DNA of 64,000 nt from Flaccisagitta enflata. Lineage: Eukaryota. A program made the translations under genes and the position numbers. The stretch spans positions 46,872,001 through 46,936,000 of the forward strand of contig OZ231126.1 of assembly GCA_965153355.1 (NCBI GenBank), read 5' to 3'. Under the pieces are notes generated by a model. The model had not been told where the DNA came from and ran no database searches. It worked only from the letters and a program-made list of their open reading frames with translations. Shown here piece after piece: positions 1 through 17,600 of the stretch (within the stretch, counting starts at the first letter, position 1; the number at the start of each line of letters is the position of its first letter).

Positions 1-1111
1 CTCAGTCTCACCTTCTGATTCCCAGTAATGAGCAAGTGTAACCGGAATCGATGGAATTTCAAGTCGTGTGAGAAAATTCAATCAAGAAGAGTAACAATTT
101 CATTTCACTCAATGAATCATTCACTTTATTGTTTAATTTCCTTAATGAAATCTCTTAATGAACCAGTCCCTTTTAATCTTTTCATGTTTCACAGAATAAT
201 TAATCTAAAACTGGATTCCAATTTACGAGTAACTTTATAAAGAGCGACCTCTCTCTGTGTGTTGTTCTTATGTCTATTCAAGGGTTTCAATTTACAAGTA
301 ACTCTACAAAGAGCGACTTCTCTCTGTGTGTTATTCATATGTATACATCCGACGGTCTGTCCAACACGTTCGTCCATTATGCGTTATTATTGATTGTATG
401 CATGACTATTACGTTGAACATATTTCGGGCGGCATACCATTCGTTCACACATGCAATCATTCATTCATTCATTCATCTTCACTAAATCATTCATCTCTTC
501 ACTCATTCATTCATTCATTCATTCATTCATTCATCTCATTCATATAGTCATACTTGGCACACCCGTGATAATCTGTGTCTTGGGTCCGTTAGAGCAGGGT
601 TCAACGTAACCTTTTGCATTACTTCAGGTTCATAGGGGAAAAGCTCCCACACTCGTTGCCTAGATAACCCCTTTATTCACTAGCTGATAGGTTTATTAAA
701 TTTTTTTTCATGATTTGTTTATTCCTAAGCGAAAAAAAGAAAATTAAAGACCACTGTATTAATATTAAAGAACAAAATGCTGATCTGGAATTTTTATCAT
801 AAGCTCGACAAGGCAAGTATTTCTAATTTTAGAATACTGGGACTAAAAATAAACAAAGGAAATTGTTCATAATAATCAATTATTTCAGATGCGTGGCATA
901 AAAACAGGGCCGGATACACAGTTACCCCAGTCGCTTGCGGGTGGGCAGGAGCCGTAATTTGGGCTGGAGCCTAAGACCGCAAAAACAAAAAGAAGTAAAG
1001 TGTGGCAGGGGACTGACCGACGAACGGACGAACGGATGGACAGACGAAGCGGGTTGTAGAGTCGCGTAGCACGCGATTGAAAATTTCGTCTAGCGTGTTC
1101 GCTGAAGTTTA

Positions 1112-1660
1112 CGATGATATTGAAACTTTTTCATTCAAAAACTAAACATTGAGTTAAGATGAAAAGCAAATAGTTGCTTTTGAACTGAAGCCGCAGATAA
1201 TGAAAATGTATCAATGCGGAAAGAAAGAAAATTGTGATTCGTCTTTCTCTTTAAAGAAATGTAAGTTGTAAATTGAAAATTGAATGGAATATTGGACGTC
1301 TGGCAATCTCGTTCAAATTGTTTTGTACGATTTATTGAACTTGAAGAGAATCTGGAACACAGTACCTCAGATCCCCCCGTCCCAAAATTCATCCCTCTTT
1401 CACCCCCAATTCACTAATGGAGCAACCAGTCGCAGATCTAATTTAAAATGCGTATTACGATTAGGATTTGCAAAAATTCCAATTTCATGGATTTGCAATT
1501 TATGTGTTTTAAAATCAAAGGTCGACCAAAGGTTCGGTTTGGTACTGACCTACTGACTCTCACCCACCTTTGGCCTCCAGTTCGGCTTCGGTTTTGAAAG
1601 TGCCAGTAGGTAGTACAAATATCAGTATGTAGTAGGTAGAAGGTTCAAAAATGAATTTAG

Positions 1661-1718
<58 letters not shown>

Positions 1719-2569
1719 AAAAAAGAGACAGAGAGAAATGATAACAATATAAAAATCATTTATAAAAAAATATAAGGACCACTGTTTTTAGTCGCTATCA
1801 CGCGACTCTACAACCTGCTATGTCCATTGGTCGGTTGGTTGGTTGGTGAGTCAGTTGGTCACATTTTACTTTTTTTTATGATTTTATTTCTTTGACCCTA
1901 CTGCTCCTGCCCTAATGGTCTAGTGACCTCAAAAATTAAACAAAGAAATAAAGACATAGAAACAAAAAAAAGGATAAAAATTTTGCTAAAAAAAAAATTT
2001 GCGATGATATTGAAACTTTTTCATTCAAAAACTAAACATTGAGTTAAGATGAAAAGCAAATAGTTGCTTTTGAACTGAAGCCGCAGATAATGAAAATGTA
2101 TCAATGCGGAAAGAAAGAAAATTGTGATTTGTCTTTCTCTTTAAAGAAATGTAAGTTGTAAATTGAAAATTGAATGGAATATTGGAAGTCTGGCAATCTT
2201 GTTCAAATTGTTTTGTACGATTTATTGAACTTGAAGAGAATCTGGAACACAGTACCTCAGATCCCCCCGTCCCAAAATTAAGTACCTGTCACCCCCAATT
2301 CATACCTCTTTCACCACCAATTCACTAATGGAGCAACCAGTCGCAGATCTAATTTAAAATGCGTATTACGATTAGGATTTGCAAAAATTCCAATTTCATC
2401 GATTTGCAATTTATGTGTTTTAAAATTAAAGGTCGACCGAAGGTTCGGTTTGGTACTGACCTACTGACTCTCACCCACCTTCGGCCTCCAGTTCGGCTTC
2501 GGTTTTGAAAGTGCCAGTAGGTAGTACAAATATCAGTATGTAGTAGGTAGAAGGTTCAAAAATGAATTT

Positions 2570-2666
<97 letters not shown>

Positions 2667-2953
2667 AAAGAAAAAGAAAAAAAGAGACAGAGAGAAATGA
2701 TAACAATATAAAAATCATTTATAAAAAAATATAAGGACCACTGTATTTAGTCGCTATCACGCGACTCTACAACCTGCTATGTCCATTGGTCGGTTGGTTG
2801 GTTGGTCGGTCAGTTGGTCATATTTTACTTTTTTTTATGATTTTATTTCTTTGACCCTACTGCTCCTGCCCTAAAGGTCTAGTGACCTCAAAAATTAAAC
2901 AAAGAAATAAAGACATAGAAACTAAAAAAGGATAAAAATTTTACTAAAAAAAA
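1112..2953 (+). repeat. Direct tandem duplication, ~890-bp period
   Basis: 1112-1997 is repeated near-identically at 2002-2953 (start CGATGATATTGAAAC); copies differ in (GA)n length and a ~23-bp indel near 2280. Confidence 0.9.
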
Positions 2954-3388
2954 TATTTAGGATCAAGGCAAGATGAACAGGTATGCAACAAGACAGAAAA
3001 GTACACAGCCAGACAGACAAATGGACAGCATTAAAAAAATGCTTTGCAAAGGTTAACATTGGTACTGACTTATTAGATGAAGCACTTCCTCTACCTTGAA
3101 ACCAAAGTCAAAATTGTTATCCAATTTTGATTTTGTATGTATAATTTTTTTTTAAACAAACTAAAAGAATAGAAGCTAGGTGGAAAACAAAAAAATAGAA
3201 GACAGAAAAAAAATGAATATTTAATTTTTTTATAAATTTTTTTTTTACTTTCTGTGAATGAAGAATAGAAGTAACTTCAAACTTCGGTTTCTGAATTCGG
3301 TAACCTTCGGTTTCGATTTCGGTAATCTAGTCACTGTCAACTTCGGCTTCGGTTCAGCTTCGGTTAACCTACCTCCGGTCGACCTCTA
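2427..3388. mobile_element. Non-autonomous hAT-like element
   Basis: TIRs TA(A/G)AGGTCGACCG(A/G)AGGT; perfect 8-bp TSD TTTAAAAT (2419-2426 and 3389-3396); subterminal TTCGGT repeats. Confidence 0.8.
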
Positions 3389-3495
3389 TTTAAAATCCGA
3401 AACTTCATTTTCTGCCATTTTCCCCATTCTCAATGAAGGCTCATAAACATATCATTATCATTCCTAGTTCATTCCTAGTTCTTTTGTATCAGATT

Positions 3496-4202
3496 CTTTT
3501 TAGATGCGTCCTCGCATCTCTATAAGAGGGTGTGTCCGTCCGTCCGTCTCCCATTCTCTCAAAATCAGTCAGCGCACTCCCACACACTCAGAAGCCACCC
3601 CCATCCATTAATCGATGCGCCCTCGTATCTCTATAAGAGGGTGTGTCCGTCTGTCCGTCTCCCATTCTCTCAAAATCAGTCAGCGCACTCCCACACACTC
3701 AGAGGCCATCCCCAACCATTATTAGATCTCTTGAGCTGCTATTTTGATTATTAATATATTACCTTCAATTCGTTTTTTGATATATGATAATCCATGGATT
3801 GATTCTATTTTTCCAGCACAACATTTAATATGTTTCTTGCAGACAAAATAAAGTTGAAAGTCCTTTAGAAAGAGGTTGATTGCCTTTGACCTGAAATTTT
3901 CTGATTTAAAAATTTAATTCTGATAAAGACATATTGAAAACTTTGGTCTTTACAAAAAATAAATGCTCATCTACTTTATGCATATAGTATTAGAATTATA
4001 TAGAAAGTGATTATTTTGGTTCAAATTAGGCAAATTAGTGTTATTAATAAAAGTGATTATTTTGGTTCAAATTAGGCAAATTAGTGTGATTAATAAAAGC
4101 CATTCATTTGTTTCAATCTAGAATCCTCCTAAAACTTCACGTACAATAAAAACCTACCAGTAAGGACGAGGGCGCATCTATTGTTTGTCTATCAAACTTG
4201 TT
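3496..4202 (+). mobile_element. Helentron/DINE-1-like non-autonomous element with duplicated ~111-bp 5' module
   Basis: Starts TTTTTAGATGCGTCCTCGCATCTCTATAAGAGG followed by (GTCC)n; module repeated at ~3613; ends GCATCTATTGTTTGTCTATCAAACTTGTT. Confidence 0.55.
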
Positions 4203-4297
4203 ACTCCTTCCATGATTAACTGCTGAAAAAAAAAATCGATATTCTTTATTTGTCTTTCCTGCGGCACCGCGTCCACTGCCTGTATGACTATCTATCT

Positions 4298-4387
<90 letters not shown>

Positions 4388-4427
4388 CTCTCTGTCTCAG
4401 TCTGTCTGTCTGTCTCTGTTGCTTTCT

Positions 4428-4523
<96 letters not shown>

Positions 4524-5149
4524 CTCTCATTTTTTTCTCTTTTATTCCCCCTATTGTTATGATTTTTCTCAACTCAATTAGCAAAATTCTTTGTCAGAGA
4601 TTTCAGATACGTGTTCATGAACCCCTTCAGGAACGTGTTTATCTTCACTCTAAAAACTCAACTGAGTTTGAAATTGATGCTTTCGCTGGTTTCGACACTT
4701 ATTATAGTGCCATTTGATTTCGGCCAATTGTCTTTTTGTCATTTATCTTGGTGGTAGAAATGAACATTTTGAGAATAAGAGACATCTTTGAGTTCGCTTT
4801 ATGTTGAAACAGCAAATATTCGAAGAAAGTGTTTTACTGTACTTTTTGTATCTTTTTGTGGCACTTATGATGCTCGAATGCTTTTATAAAACAATTTACA
4901 GCCTTGATACACTTTTATCATATGCTGACAGTTTAATTATGCAATTCACGAGGAAAAAAAGAAAATCAGATTAGATTTTACTTTTTTTTAATAGATTAGA
5001 TTAGATTAGATAAGATCAGATTAGATTTTATTTTCTTTATTTAATCTTTTAATTTTTAGACTCAAATGCAGGGAAATTTTGCGATTTCAAAAACATTTTT
5101 TTTTTCATTTTTTAAGCAATTTTAGAATTTCAATCGGATCCCCGTCAAT

Positions 5150-6458
5150 GAACAAAAATCTTAAAAGAGTATGGGTCCGCGACTGGGGTCAAACGGCGTT
5201 GTCAAACGGCGTTGTCATACGGCGTTGTCATACGGCGTTGTCATACGGCGTTGTCATACGGCGTTGTCATACAGCGTTGTCATACGGCGTTGTCATACGG
5301 CGTTGTCATACGGCGTTGTCATACAGCGTTGTCATACGGCGTTGTCATACGGCGTTGTCATACGGCGTTGTCATACGGCGTTGTCATACGGCGTTGTCAA
5401 ACGGCGTTGTCAAACGGCGTTGTCAAACGGCGTTGTCAAACGGCGTTGTCAAACGGCGTTGTCAAATGGCGTTGTCAAATGGCTTTGTCAAACGGCGTTG
5501 TCAAACGGTGTTGTCAAACGGCGTTGTCAAATGGCTGTTTGGTCGGTTTGGCCAGTTAGCATGCTATAATCTTTACAAATCAAATACATATGTTGAGTCC
5601 TTCCATTTAGAGACTACATACCAAGTCCTAACCAAATCGGTCGAAAAATGCCAAAGTTATGCATGTTTCTCACTTTTAGGCTGGTTGGGTGGTAGGCTGG
5701 TTTGGCCGGTTAGCATGCTAAAATCTTTACAATTCAAATACATATGTTAAGTTCTTCCATTCGGGGACTACATACCAAATTTTAACCAAATTGGTAGAAA
5801 AATGCCAAAGTTATGCATGTTTTTCACTTTTAGGCTGGTAGGCTAGTTGGGTGGTAGGCCGGTTTGGCCGTTTAGCATGCTAAAATCTTTACAAATCAAA
5901 TACATATGTTGAGTCCTTCCATTTAGAGACTACATACCAAGTTTTAACCAAATTGGTTGAAAAATGCCAAAGTTATGCACGTTTTTCACTTTTAGGCTGG
6001 TAGGCTGGTTGGGTGGTAGGCCGGTTTGGCCAGTTAGCATGCTAAAATCTTTACAAATCAAATACATATGTTGAGTCCTTCCATTTAGAGACTACATACC
6101 AAGTTTTAACCAAATCGGTTGAAAAATGCCAAAGTTATACACGTTTTTCACTTTTAGGCTGGTAGGCTGGTTGGTTGGTAGGCCGGTTTGGCCGGTTAGC
6201 ATGCTAAAATCTTTACAATTCAAATACTTTGTTGAGTTCTTCCATTTAGGGACTACAAATTTTAACCAAATTGGTTGAAAAATGCCAAAGTTATGTACGT
6301 TTTTCACTTTTAGGCTGGTAGGCTGGTTGGGCCGGTTGGGTGGGTCGGATCATAACATACGCATAGGCTGCAAAGCGGCTTACCCTAATACAACTTCCCT
6401 CCAAATATGAAGCAAATCGGTCAAGGCGTTCAAAAGTTAGCTCATTTTTAAAAGTGTG

Positions 6459-6494
<36 letters not shown>

Positions 6495-6560
6495 GACGAC
6501 GACACCCACCCGCCTCGAATTATAGTCCGCGTCGGAATGGTATTCCGTCGCGGACAAAAA
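5150..6560 (-). mobile_element. Helentron/DINE-1-like element carrying a 13-bp minisatellite and five ~162-bp tandem units
   Basis: Terminal hairpin GTCCGCG.CGGAAT..ATTCCG.CGCGGAC (6526-6555) next to an (ACG/ACA)n microsatellite; matching GTCCGCGAC near 5175; (GGCGTTGTCATAC)n at ~5190-5530; TAGCATGCT recurs at 5557, 5711, 5873, 6035 and 6197. Confidence 0.7.
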
Positions 6561-6976
6561 TGAAGGTGTAAACTGTTTGCTGTCTTGATTAAGCCTCATG
6601 ATAAGGAATTTAATGGGCGTCTTAGCACACATCATGACACATCATGACACAATTCAATCTTTGGTTAGTCTTTCGCTTTTGCGTCCTTCAAAACTCCAAT
6701 CGCGCATTTTTGTCTCGTATTATAGTTGATGATTATGATGATGTGAATTGTGGAATTTTTCAGTCGCGTGCTCTTCAAGCCACTTTTCGGTCCGTCCGTT
6801 GGTCGGTTGGTGCATCTGTTCCACACAAAGTTGTATCTTCAATGTTTTAAAGCTGTTTCCAGCTATTTCAAGGTCTTTGTCTGTATGCCTGTTTGTTTGT
6901 CCATCAGTTTGTTTGACTTTTTCTGATGCACGCGACGTTGGTATAATGACCTTGATTTCATTAAGTTTAGTTGTTA

Positions 6977-7097
<121 letters not shown>

Positions 7098-7421
7098 TTC
7101 TAAACCAAACAAAAACTAAGAAATGAACACAAACAAACACAAACAAAAACCGTTTATCAAGCCCGCGAGCACAAATCAAAGACGCGTTAGGTCACGATTT
7201 TGCAATCAAAGTGCGAGCGCGTGAGGCTTTGATTTCCAACAAGCAGATGAATTCCGAAGTTATTTCCCAAGAGACGACAGCAATATGATGAAGCAAATAA
7301 TATTCCTTGAATTGTACGTGATATCACGCTTTATCCCCGCAAAGAAACACATGTTTCTTATGTTTGATTTTGTAAGAATCCAAGAATCGAGAATACAAAG
7401 ATTTGAAAAACGATAGAAGAA

Positions 7422-7456
<35 letters not shown>

Positions 7457-8129
7457 AGAAGAAGAAGAAGAAGAAGAAGAAGAAGAAGAAGAAGAAGAAG
7501 AAGAAGAAGAAGAAGAAGAAGAAGAAGAAGAAGAAGAAGAAGAAAAAGATGAACAAGAAGAAGAAGGAGAAGAAAAAGAAAAAGAGGAAGAAGAAGAAAA
7601 AGAAGACAGAAGAAGTAGAAAAAAGGAAAAACGAAAAAGAAAAACAGTGAAAAAGTGAAAAAGAAAAAGCAAATGCAAGTGCAAGTACAAATGCAAATGC
7701 AAGGAAGGTCTCAAACAAAACCAAAAGCAAAAGCTTTGTGCAAGTTTTCTGGTGGAAATGGTGAAAAATTTTCTTTTTTATTCTTTGTTCATTTTTAACG
7801 TTGTTTTGCATTTAGCTGTGATTTTTAAAAGAAAAATTCCTTTGAAATAACGTTGATTTCATGTTCATCACAAGTCAGGCTGTTAACGAATGCGGGCTGT
7901 TCGCACCAGTCGAAGTGTTGTTGCTGTAGCGTCGTCAACTTTTAGACTTACACACAGTAAAGGTCGTGGTCTAACGGACTCTAACAATCGATTGAAGAGA
8001 GAGAAGAGATTGGATTAGCAAACCCGCATGAAGAATTGGGATTCAGCGCTTGTCAGATTTGTTAAATGTGTATGTGTGGGCGTATGACCTATTGATGCTT
8101 AATAAAATCATGGTTGTCACTTTGTGGAT

Positions 8130-8287
<158 letters not shown>

Positions 8288-8858
8288 GAGAGAGAGAGAG
8301 AGAGAGACACACACACACACACAGACAGACAGACAGACACACAGACAAACAGACACACAGACACACAATCAGAAATGACAGACAGACGGAGATAGAGAGA
8401 CTGACTGACAGACACATATAGACACACAAGATGATAAAACAAGACAGACAGACAGACACAGACAGACAGACAGACAGACAGATAAAGACACGAAGTTGGA
8501 CAATAACATGGAGAAGGAAAGAAACACATGCCTTGAAACTTAGATTCGTGTTAACAGGCTGGGAAATGGGCTTTGGGTCTCAAGGCTGAAATTTTGGCCT
8601 TGGAATGGGATTTGGGCCTCAAGGCTGGGATTTGGGAATCAAGGATTTGGGCTTTGAGGCAGAAATTTCCCCATAAGCGAAAGGCTGAAAGCATACCGCG
8701 CGGATCAATAATAAAGACGCACTTTTAAATGCCCATTTTAGCCATTTTCTTATTGATTTTAAGTTGAATGCTTTGCAGTATTAAAGAGCCAAGCTTTTAA
8801 GCTTTAAGAATCAAAAAGAAGATGTTCCTAATCTTGAGGCATTTAGGCGTACAGTAGT

Positions 8859-11300
8859 AACAGGCCGCTCAAGCGTCATTATGGTCAGCGGTTCCCGATG
8901 CCCCATTGATATGATTTAGTATTGTAGTGTTGGGGTAATGAGGCAGCGACCACGGAGGATTCCACACAGGGCAATTTTGTTTTGAGAGGCATGATCTTGG
9001 GTCTGAGAGGTCTGATCTGGGGTCCATAAGGTCTGATCTGGGGTGTGAGAGGCCGGATAAGAGGTCTGGGAGGCCTGAGTTAAGGCTTAAGAAGCTTGAA
9101 AAGAGGTCTGAGAGGCCTGATTTGGGGTGTGAGAGGCCTGATTTGGGATCCCAGACGCTTGATTTGTAGTTTGAGAGGCCTGATTTGGGGTCTGGGAGGC
9201 CTGATTTTAAATCCGAGATGCATGATTTTGAATCCAAGAGGCCTGATTGGGGGTCTGAGAGGCCTGATTTGAGGTCAAAGAGGCCTGATTTGGGGTCTAA
9301 TAGGCCGGATTTGAGGTCTTAGAGGCCTGCTTTGAGGTCTGAGAGACCTGATTTGGGGTCTGAAAAGCCTGATTTGGGGTCTGAAAAGCCTGATTTGGGG
9401 TCTGAGAGGCCTGATTTGGGGTCTGAGGGGCCTGATTTGAGGTCTGAGAGGCCTGCTTTGAGGTCTGAGAGGCCTAATTGGGGGCTTCGGGGGGGGGGGG
9501 TGGACACTGACATTAGATCGGAAAAATTGCCCTGTGTGGAACCATAGGTCATTGACCCCTCCGGGGCCGCTGCCCAAAAAAAGAGTAAAAACAGTCAAAA
9601 ATTGTTTCGGCAATTCCATATGAGAACAAGTGACGTGGGGTCACAATATTGTTGCGGACGGGTGGGCAGGGACATCCAACCCCCATCCACACCCCCCCAA
9701 CACACACATACACACACATTCAAACATACACAAAAAGAATTCAAAAGCTTTTTAACCGTTTTAGATACAGACTTGGGATTGGTCTAGAATGAGAGAAAAT
9801 TCGAAAAATCTTCAAAATTACTTTGTCTGCAAAATGTTTTCATAAGATAAAGAAACAATAAACTATTTCTTCAATGATTTTGTATCTTGTCATGTGTTCA
9901 AAATAGTACATATAGTAGTTGTATTGAGTGGCTGTAATTTTTAAAGGGTTTGAGATACAGACCTGGGTTTGGTCTAGATTGAAAGAAAATTCGAAAATCT
10001 TCAAAATTACTTCAATGTAAAAATTTTCGAACAATTTTTCCCATCTGTTCTATTGATAAATGACGTCCTTTTTGGGCAGCGGCCCCAAAGGGCTGATGTC
10101 CTGTAGGACACAGGGGTGAATTTCCAGACATCAGTCCGTACGTCCATCCGTCCGTCCGTCCATCCATCCGTCCGTCCGTCCCCCCCTCGAGGCGCCTCTC
10201 AGGCCCATAATCAGTCCTTTCAGGCCCAAAAATCAGGCCTCTCAAGCCCAAAATAAGCCCTCTCCAGCCCAAAATAAGACCACCCAGGCCCAAAATTAGC
10301 TCTCTCAAGCCCAAAATCAGCCCTCGAAAGCCCTAAATCAGCCTTGTTAAGCCCAAAATCAGCCATTTCAGGCCTAAAATCAGGCCTCTCAAACATAAAA
10401 TCTGACCACTTGGGTCTCAATTCAGCCCTTAAAATGACCCTCTCAGGTCTCTAATGTGCCCTCATCCCTGATCTCCTTACTGTGCTCAAATCAATCGAAT
10501 CAGCTCTTGGATATACTTAATCAGGACGTCTGGAAATTCACCCCTGTGTCCTACAGGACATCGGCCCTTTGGGGCCGCTGCCCTGCTCTCCCTCCACTTC
10601 TTCAACTGATCACTCCAAGCAGGGCATCGGGTACCGCTGACCATGTGCGATCCTTGGATGACTAGTTTTTTCTATTAGCGTGGTAGGTCATCGGGCCCTT
10701 CGAGGCCGCTGCCCAAAAGAGAGAAGGCAGTTGAAAATGACTGACAGACAAACAGACAGCTTAATCGAAGATAGAAGCCGACGTTCGCAAAAGCGTTAGT
10801 GTGTATGTATATAAAGGGGGATGTGATGGTGAGAGGGGCAGCAGCCATTCGGGGATTAATGACCTATGCTCAGGCTCATGGAGACTCCTATGGTCTGAGG
10901 GCCTTTGGGCTGCAATTTGGATCACAAAGCTAAGACTTGGGATTTGAATCTCAAGGCTGGGAATTGAGCCCTGGAGCTGCGATTTGACCTTCAAGTCAGA
11001 GATTTTAGCCTCAAGGCAGGTGTGTTAGGGCGTCAAGGCAGAGATTTGAGCCTCTTGGTTGAAATTTGAGTGGAAGGGCTGAGATTTGAGCCTCAAGCCC
11101 AAGATTTGGGCCTTGAGGCTAACATTTGAGCCTTGAGGCTGGGATTTGAGCCTCAGGGCTGGGATTTGAGCCGCGAGGTTGGGATTTGAGTGTCAAGGCT
11201 AGGATATGAGCCTCAAGGCTAGGATTCAAGCCTTGAAATTGGGTTTTGAGCCTTGAGGCTGGGATAAAAGCCTCGAGAATAGGATTAGACCCTTAAGCGG
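8859..11300. mobile_element. Cluster of GGGCAGCGGCCCC-family Helentron-like elements with 20/21-bp internal minisatellites
   Basis: Copies at ~8859-9580 (-), 10070-10670 (+) and ~10680-11300 (-). Subterminal inverted repeat GGGCAGCGGCCCCAAAGGG...GTCCTGTAGGACACAGGGG; internal AGGCCTGATTTGGGGTCTGAG and GGCTGGGATTTGAGCCTCAA arrays. Confidence 0.7.
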
Positions 11301-12259
11301 GGGACGGGGAATACCACGTGGATCAAAAAAAAAGACGCAGCTATCTATTTATTGACAAAACAGATATCAAAAATAATTTAAACAATTTTTGACAAAGACA
11401 TTTTGAAAGATTTTCAAAAAATCTTTCAATCTAGACCAATCCCAGGTCTGTATCTCAAACGGTTTAGAAGCTAGAGCCCTGCAAAGAGAAGCACTATTTA
11501 GTGAAAATGCATTTTTATATAGGGATTGCGAAACTGGAATGGGCAATGTTTTTACTCAAACTAATGCCATTCCTAAACGAATAAAGATAGAAATACCAGA
11601 TTGGCGCCAAATGAAAGTACTTTCAAAGGGCTTTCAAATGACCTATGATTTTCATAAGTTTTTTTCATATTCATAGGCAAAATTAGTCATTCAAAAGTGG
11701 GTCTTTTTTTTTGAGTCGTATGGTAGGAGGAAAAAAACAAGAGAGAGGAGAAAATCTCCCATATTTGTGAAAGCATAGGTGATCGGCCGCTGCCCAAACC
11801 GAGAAATTACGATGACAGGCGCTGATATTCACTGATACTAGTGGTTTACTAAAAGTGTGGGAAAAATACATATAAATAAACGCGAACAGTGTGACGTAAC
11901 GGAAACCGATACTAATTGCGAATTGCCATTTCCTCTTTTGATTTCCGCACTAAACGCTTTTATTGAAGATGGGAATTGATCTCAAACATGCAAAATGGAA
12001 AGTGAACATATGGTGGAAAACGGAACAAGGCTTCAGCCAATTGTGTGTACGCGAAACGTTGTGCGACTTTCACGCAAGAAACGAATCTGAGTGGTCAGAT
12101 GATATTTTGATCATGATGGTCCCTAAGAGACTTGCAAAGGCTAAGTCATCTTGATCTTGGTGAAAATTGGTTGCTGAATGCTGATGCCTTCGAGAAAGAA
12201 ACCAACAACCGGCGCGACACATATGAGTCACATGACATGTCTGCTCCGGCATGGAAGAG

Positions 12260-12320
<61 letters not shown>

Positions 12321-12786
12321 CCGTCTGCGGTAGATGAGTCAAAGGCGGATGTTGGAATCAGCGGCGTTGCATTTTCCCGAGAAGGAGAAAGATTTCTGTT
12401 GCAAAAGGATTTTTCAATTTTGCTGCCTTTTGTTCCGGAACCAATTTCTTAGTTCCGCCTAAATTCCAAATGAGGGCTGCTGGTTCCGAGACCGTCAATC
12501 GAACGCGAAACAAATGAGGGAATCTTACAGCTAATTATCTCTCAAGTTGAAGTGTAGTTTAAATGATTTTAATCGTTTTGACATCGTTTGCCGTTCGCGA
12601 TGGCAGTTGAATTGTCATTAATGATGGCAGTCAACTGGGAAGAATCAAGTCATCGCCTCGCGTCAATTCAGATTCACTACGTTTTTTCCTCCCTTCTTTT
12701 ACTTTTTGCTTGTGACTTTTGTCTCTAGGTGGTTTTGTTTTTTGTTGTTTTTTTTTCTGTTCAACCTTCCATTTTTTTTCTTTCTG

Positions 12787-12870
<84 letters not shown>

Positions 12871-13000
12871 TTTTTCTTTCTGTCTTCCTTTCTGTCAGTC
12901 TTCCTGTCTAACTTTCGTTCTTTCTTTCTTTTTTTCTTTCCCTCTTTCCTTCTTTCTTTCTTTCTTTCTCTCGTTCTTTCTTCCTTTCCCTCTTCTTCGA

Positions 13001-13091
<91 letters not shown>

Positions 13092-13228
13092 ACTTTGGTA
13101 ACCGTGTATCCGGCCTTGTTTCTCAATGATCAGTAACTGCTAATTAAATTTCTCATTAATCTAAAGAACTGATGAGCAATGCAATGTCGACGCAGTTCAA
13201 AAGCCGGCATATCAAAAGTTTAAGAGAT

Positions 13229-13234
13229 TTTATT
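13229..13234 (-). terminator. Polyadenylation signal (AATAAA) of the protease gene
   Basis: AATAAA on the minus strand ~60 nt after the stop codon at 13293. Confidence 0.6.
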
Positions 13235-13292
13235 CACTTTAAAACGAAATAAAAAAACAAACAATGAACTAAAAAATGGTTGACAACCCAAT

Positions 13293-17038
<3,746 letters not shown>

Positions 17039-17069
17039 TATGACTTGGATGTTCTTCGATTTGAGAAAC

Positions 17070-17127
17070 ACTGAATAACTCCGACTAAACTTGGCATATT
17101 TATACTAAATTCAACGCCATCTTATCT
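17070..17127 (-). promoter_or_regulatory. Core promoter of the protease gene: TATA box, Inr and GATA site
   Basis: On the minus strand, TATAAATA (17097-17104) lies ~30 nt upstream of a TCAGT initiator (17070-17074), with AGATAAG (17121-17127) just upstream. ATG at 17038. Confidence 0.7.
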
Positions 17128-17407
17128 CGATTTCTCAAGTGCCACCTCGAAATTCGAAGTTGATGAGAACGGCGACCCTAATCGCCATCTGGATGCTCCG
17201 ATGACTTTTAGAGTGCCAAACAATACCTTTTATTGTTTTAGCATGCGCGGCTTTTAAGTAAAATAAAAACAATAGATAGATTGATCTTTACAGTCGTCCA
17301 TGACTAGGCACCGGGAGTGAAACGTATTACACCGTTTTTATGGCACAGTTAGTGTATGACGCATCAATTGAACTTGTGAAAGTGGATCAGAATGGCAGTA
17401 ATATATC

Positions 17408-17600
17408 TTAAGTCGCGTGCTACGCGACTCTACACCCCGCTTTGTTGGTCGGTCTGTCTATCTGTTTGTCTGTCACATTTTATTTTATTTTGATTTTTTA
17501 TTCTTTGACCCTACTGCTCCTGTCCAAATGGTCTGGTGACCTCAAATATGGCCCCTGCCCACCCGCATGTGACTGGGGTAGCCGTGTATCCGGCCTAGTT
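17408..17600 (+). mobile_element. Short Helentron/DINE-1-like dispersed repeat (representative copy)
   Basis: AGTCGCGTGC(T)ACGCGACT hairpin, (GTCN)n microsatellite, CCCCTGCCCACCCGC, 3' GCCGTGTATCCGGCC end. Related copies at ~903-1080, 1785-1930, 18176-18340, 25700-25795, 26738-26900, 36229-36330, 37853-38010, 38786-39005, 48690-48850, 54197-54395 and 60930-61125. Confidence 0.75.

Noticed and set aside
555-670. Possible tRNA-derived or Pol III element (GGTTCAA)
   Set aside because: No cloverleaf and no properly spaced A box.
5190-6330. Regular repeats as a CRISPR array; ORFs 5079-5750 etc. as proteins
   Set aside because: Units are contiguous with no unique spacers, there are no cas genes and the context is eukaryotic; the ORFs are translations of a 13-bp minisatellite.
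8869-10420. ORFs with SDPKSGL/RPQIRPL heptad repeats (also 39554-40006)
   Set aside because: Translations of the 21-bp minisatellite inside non-autonomous elements.
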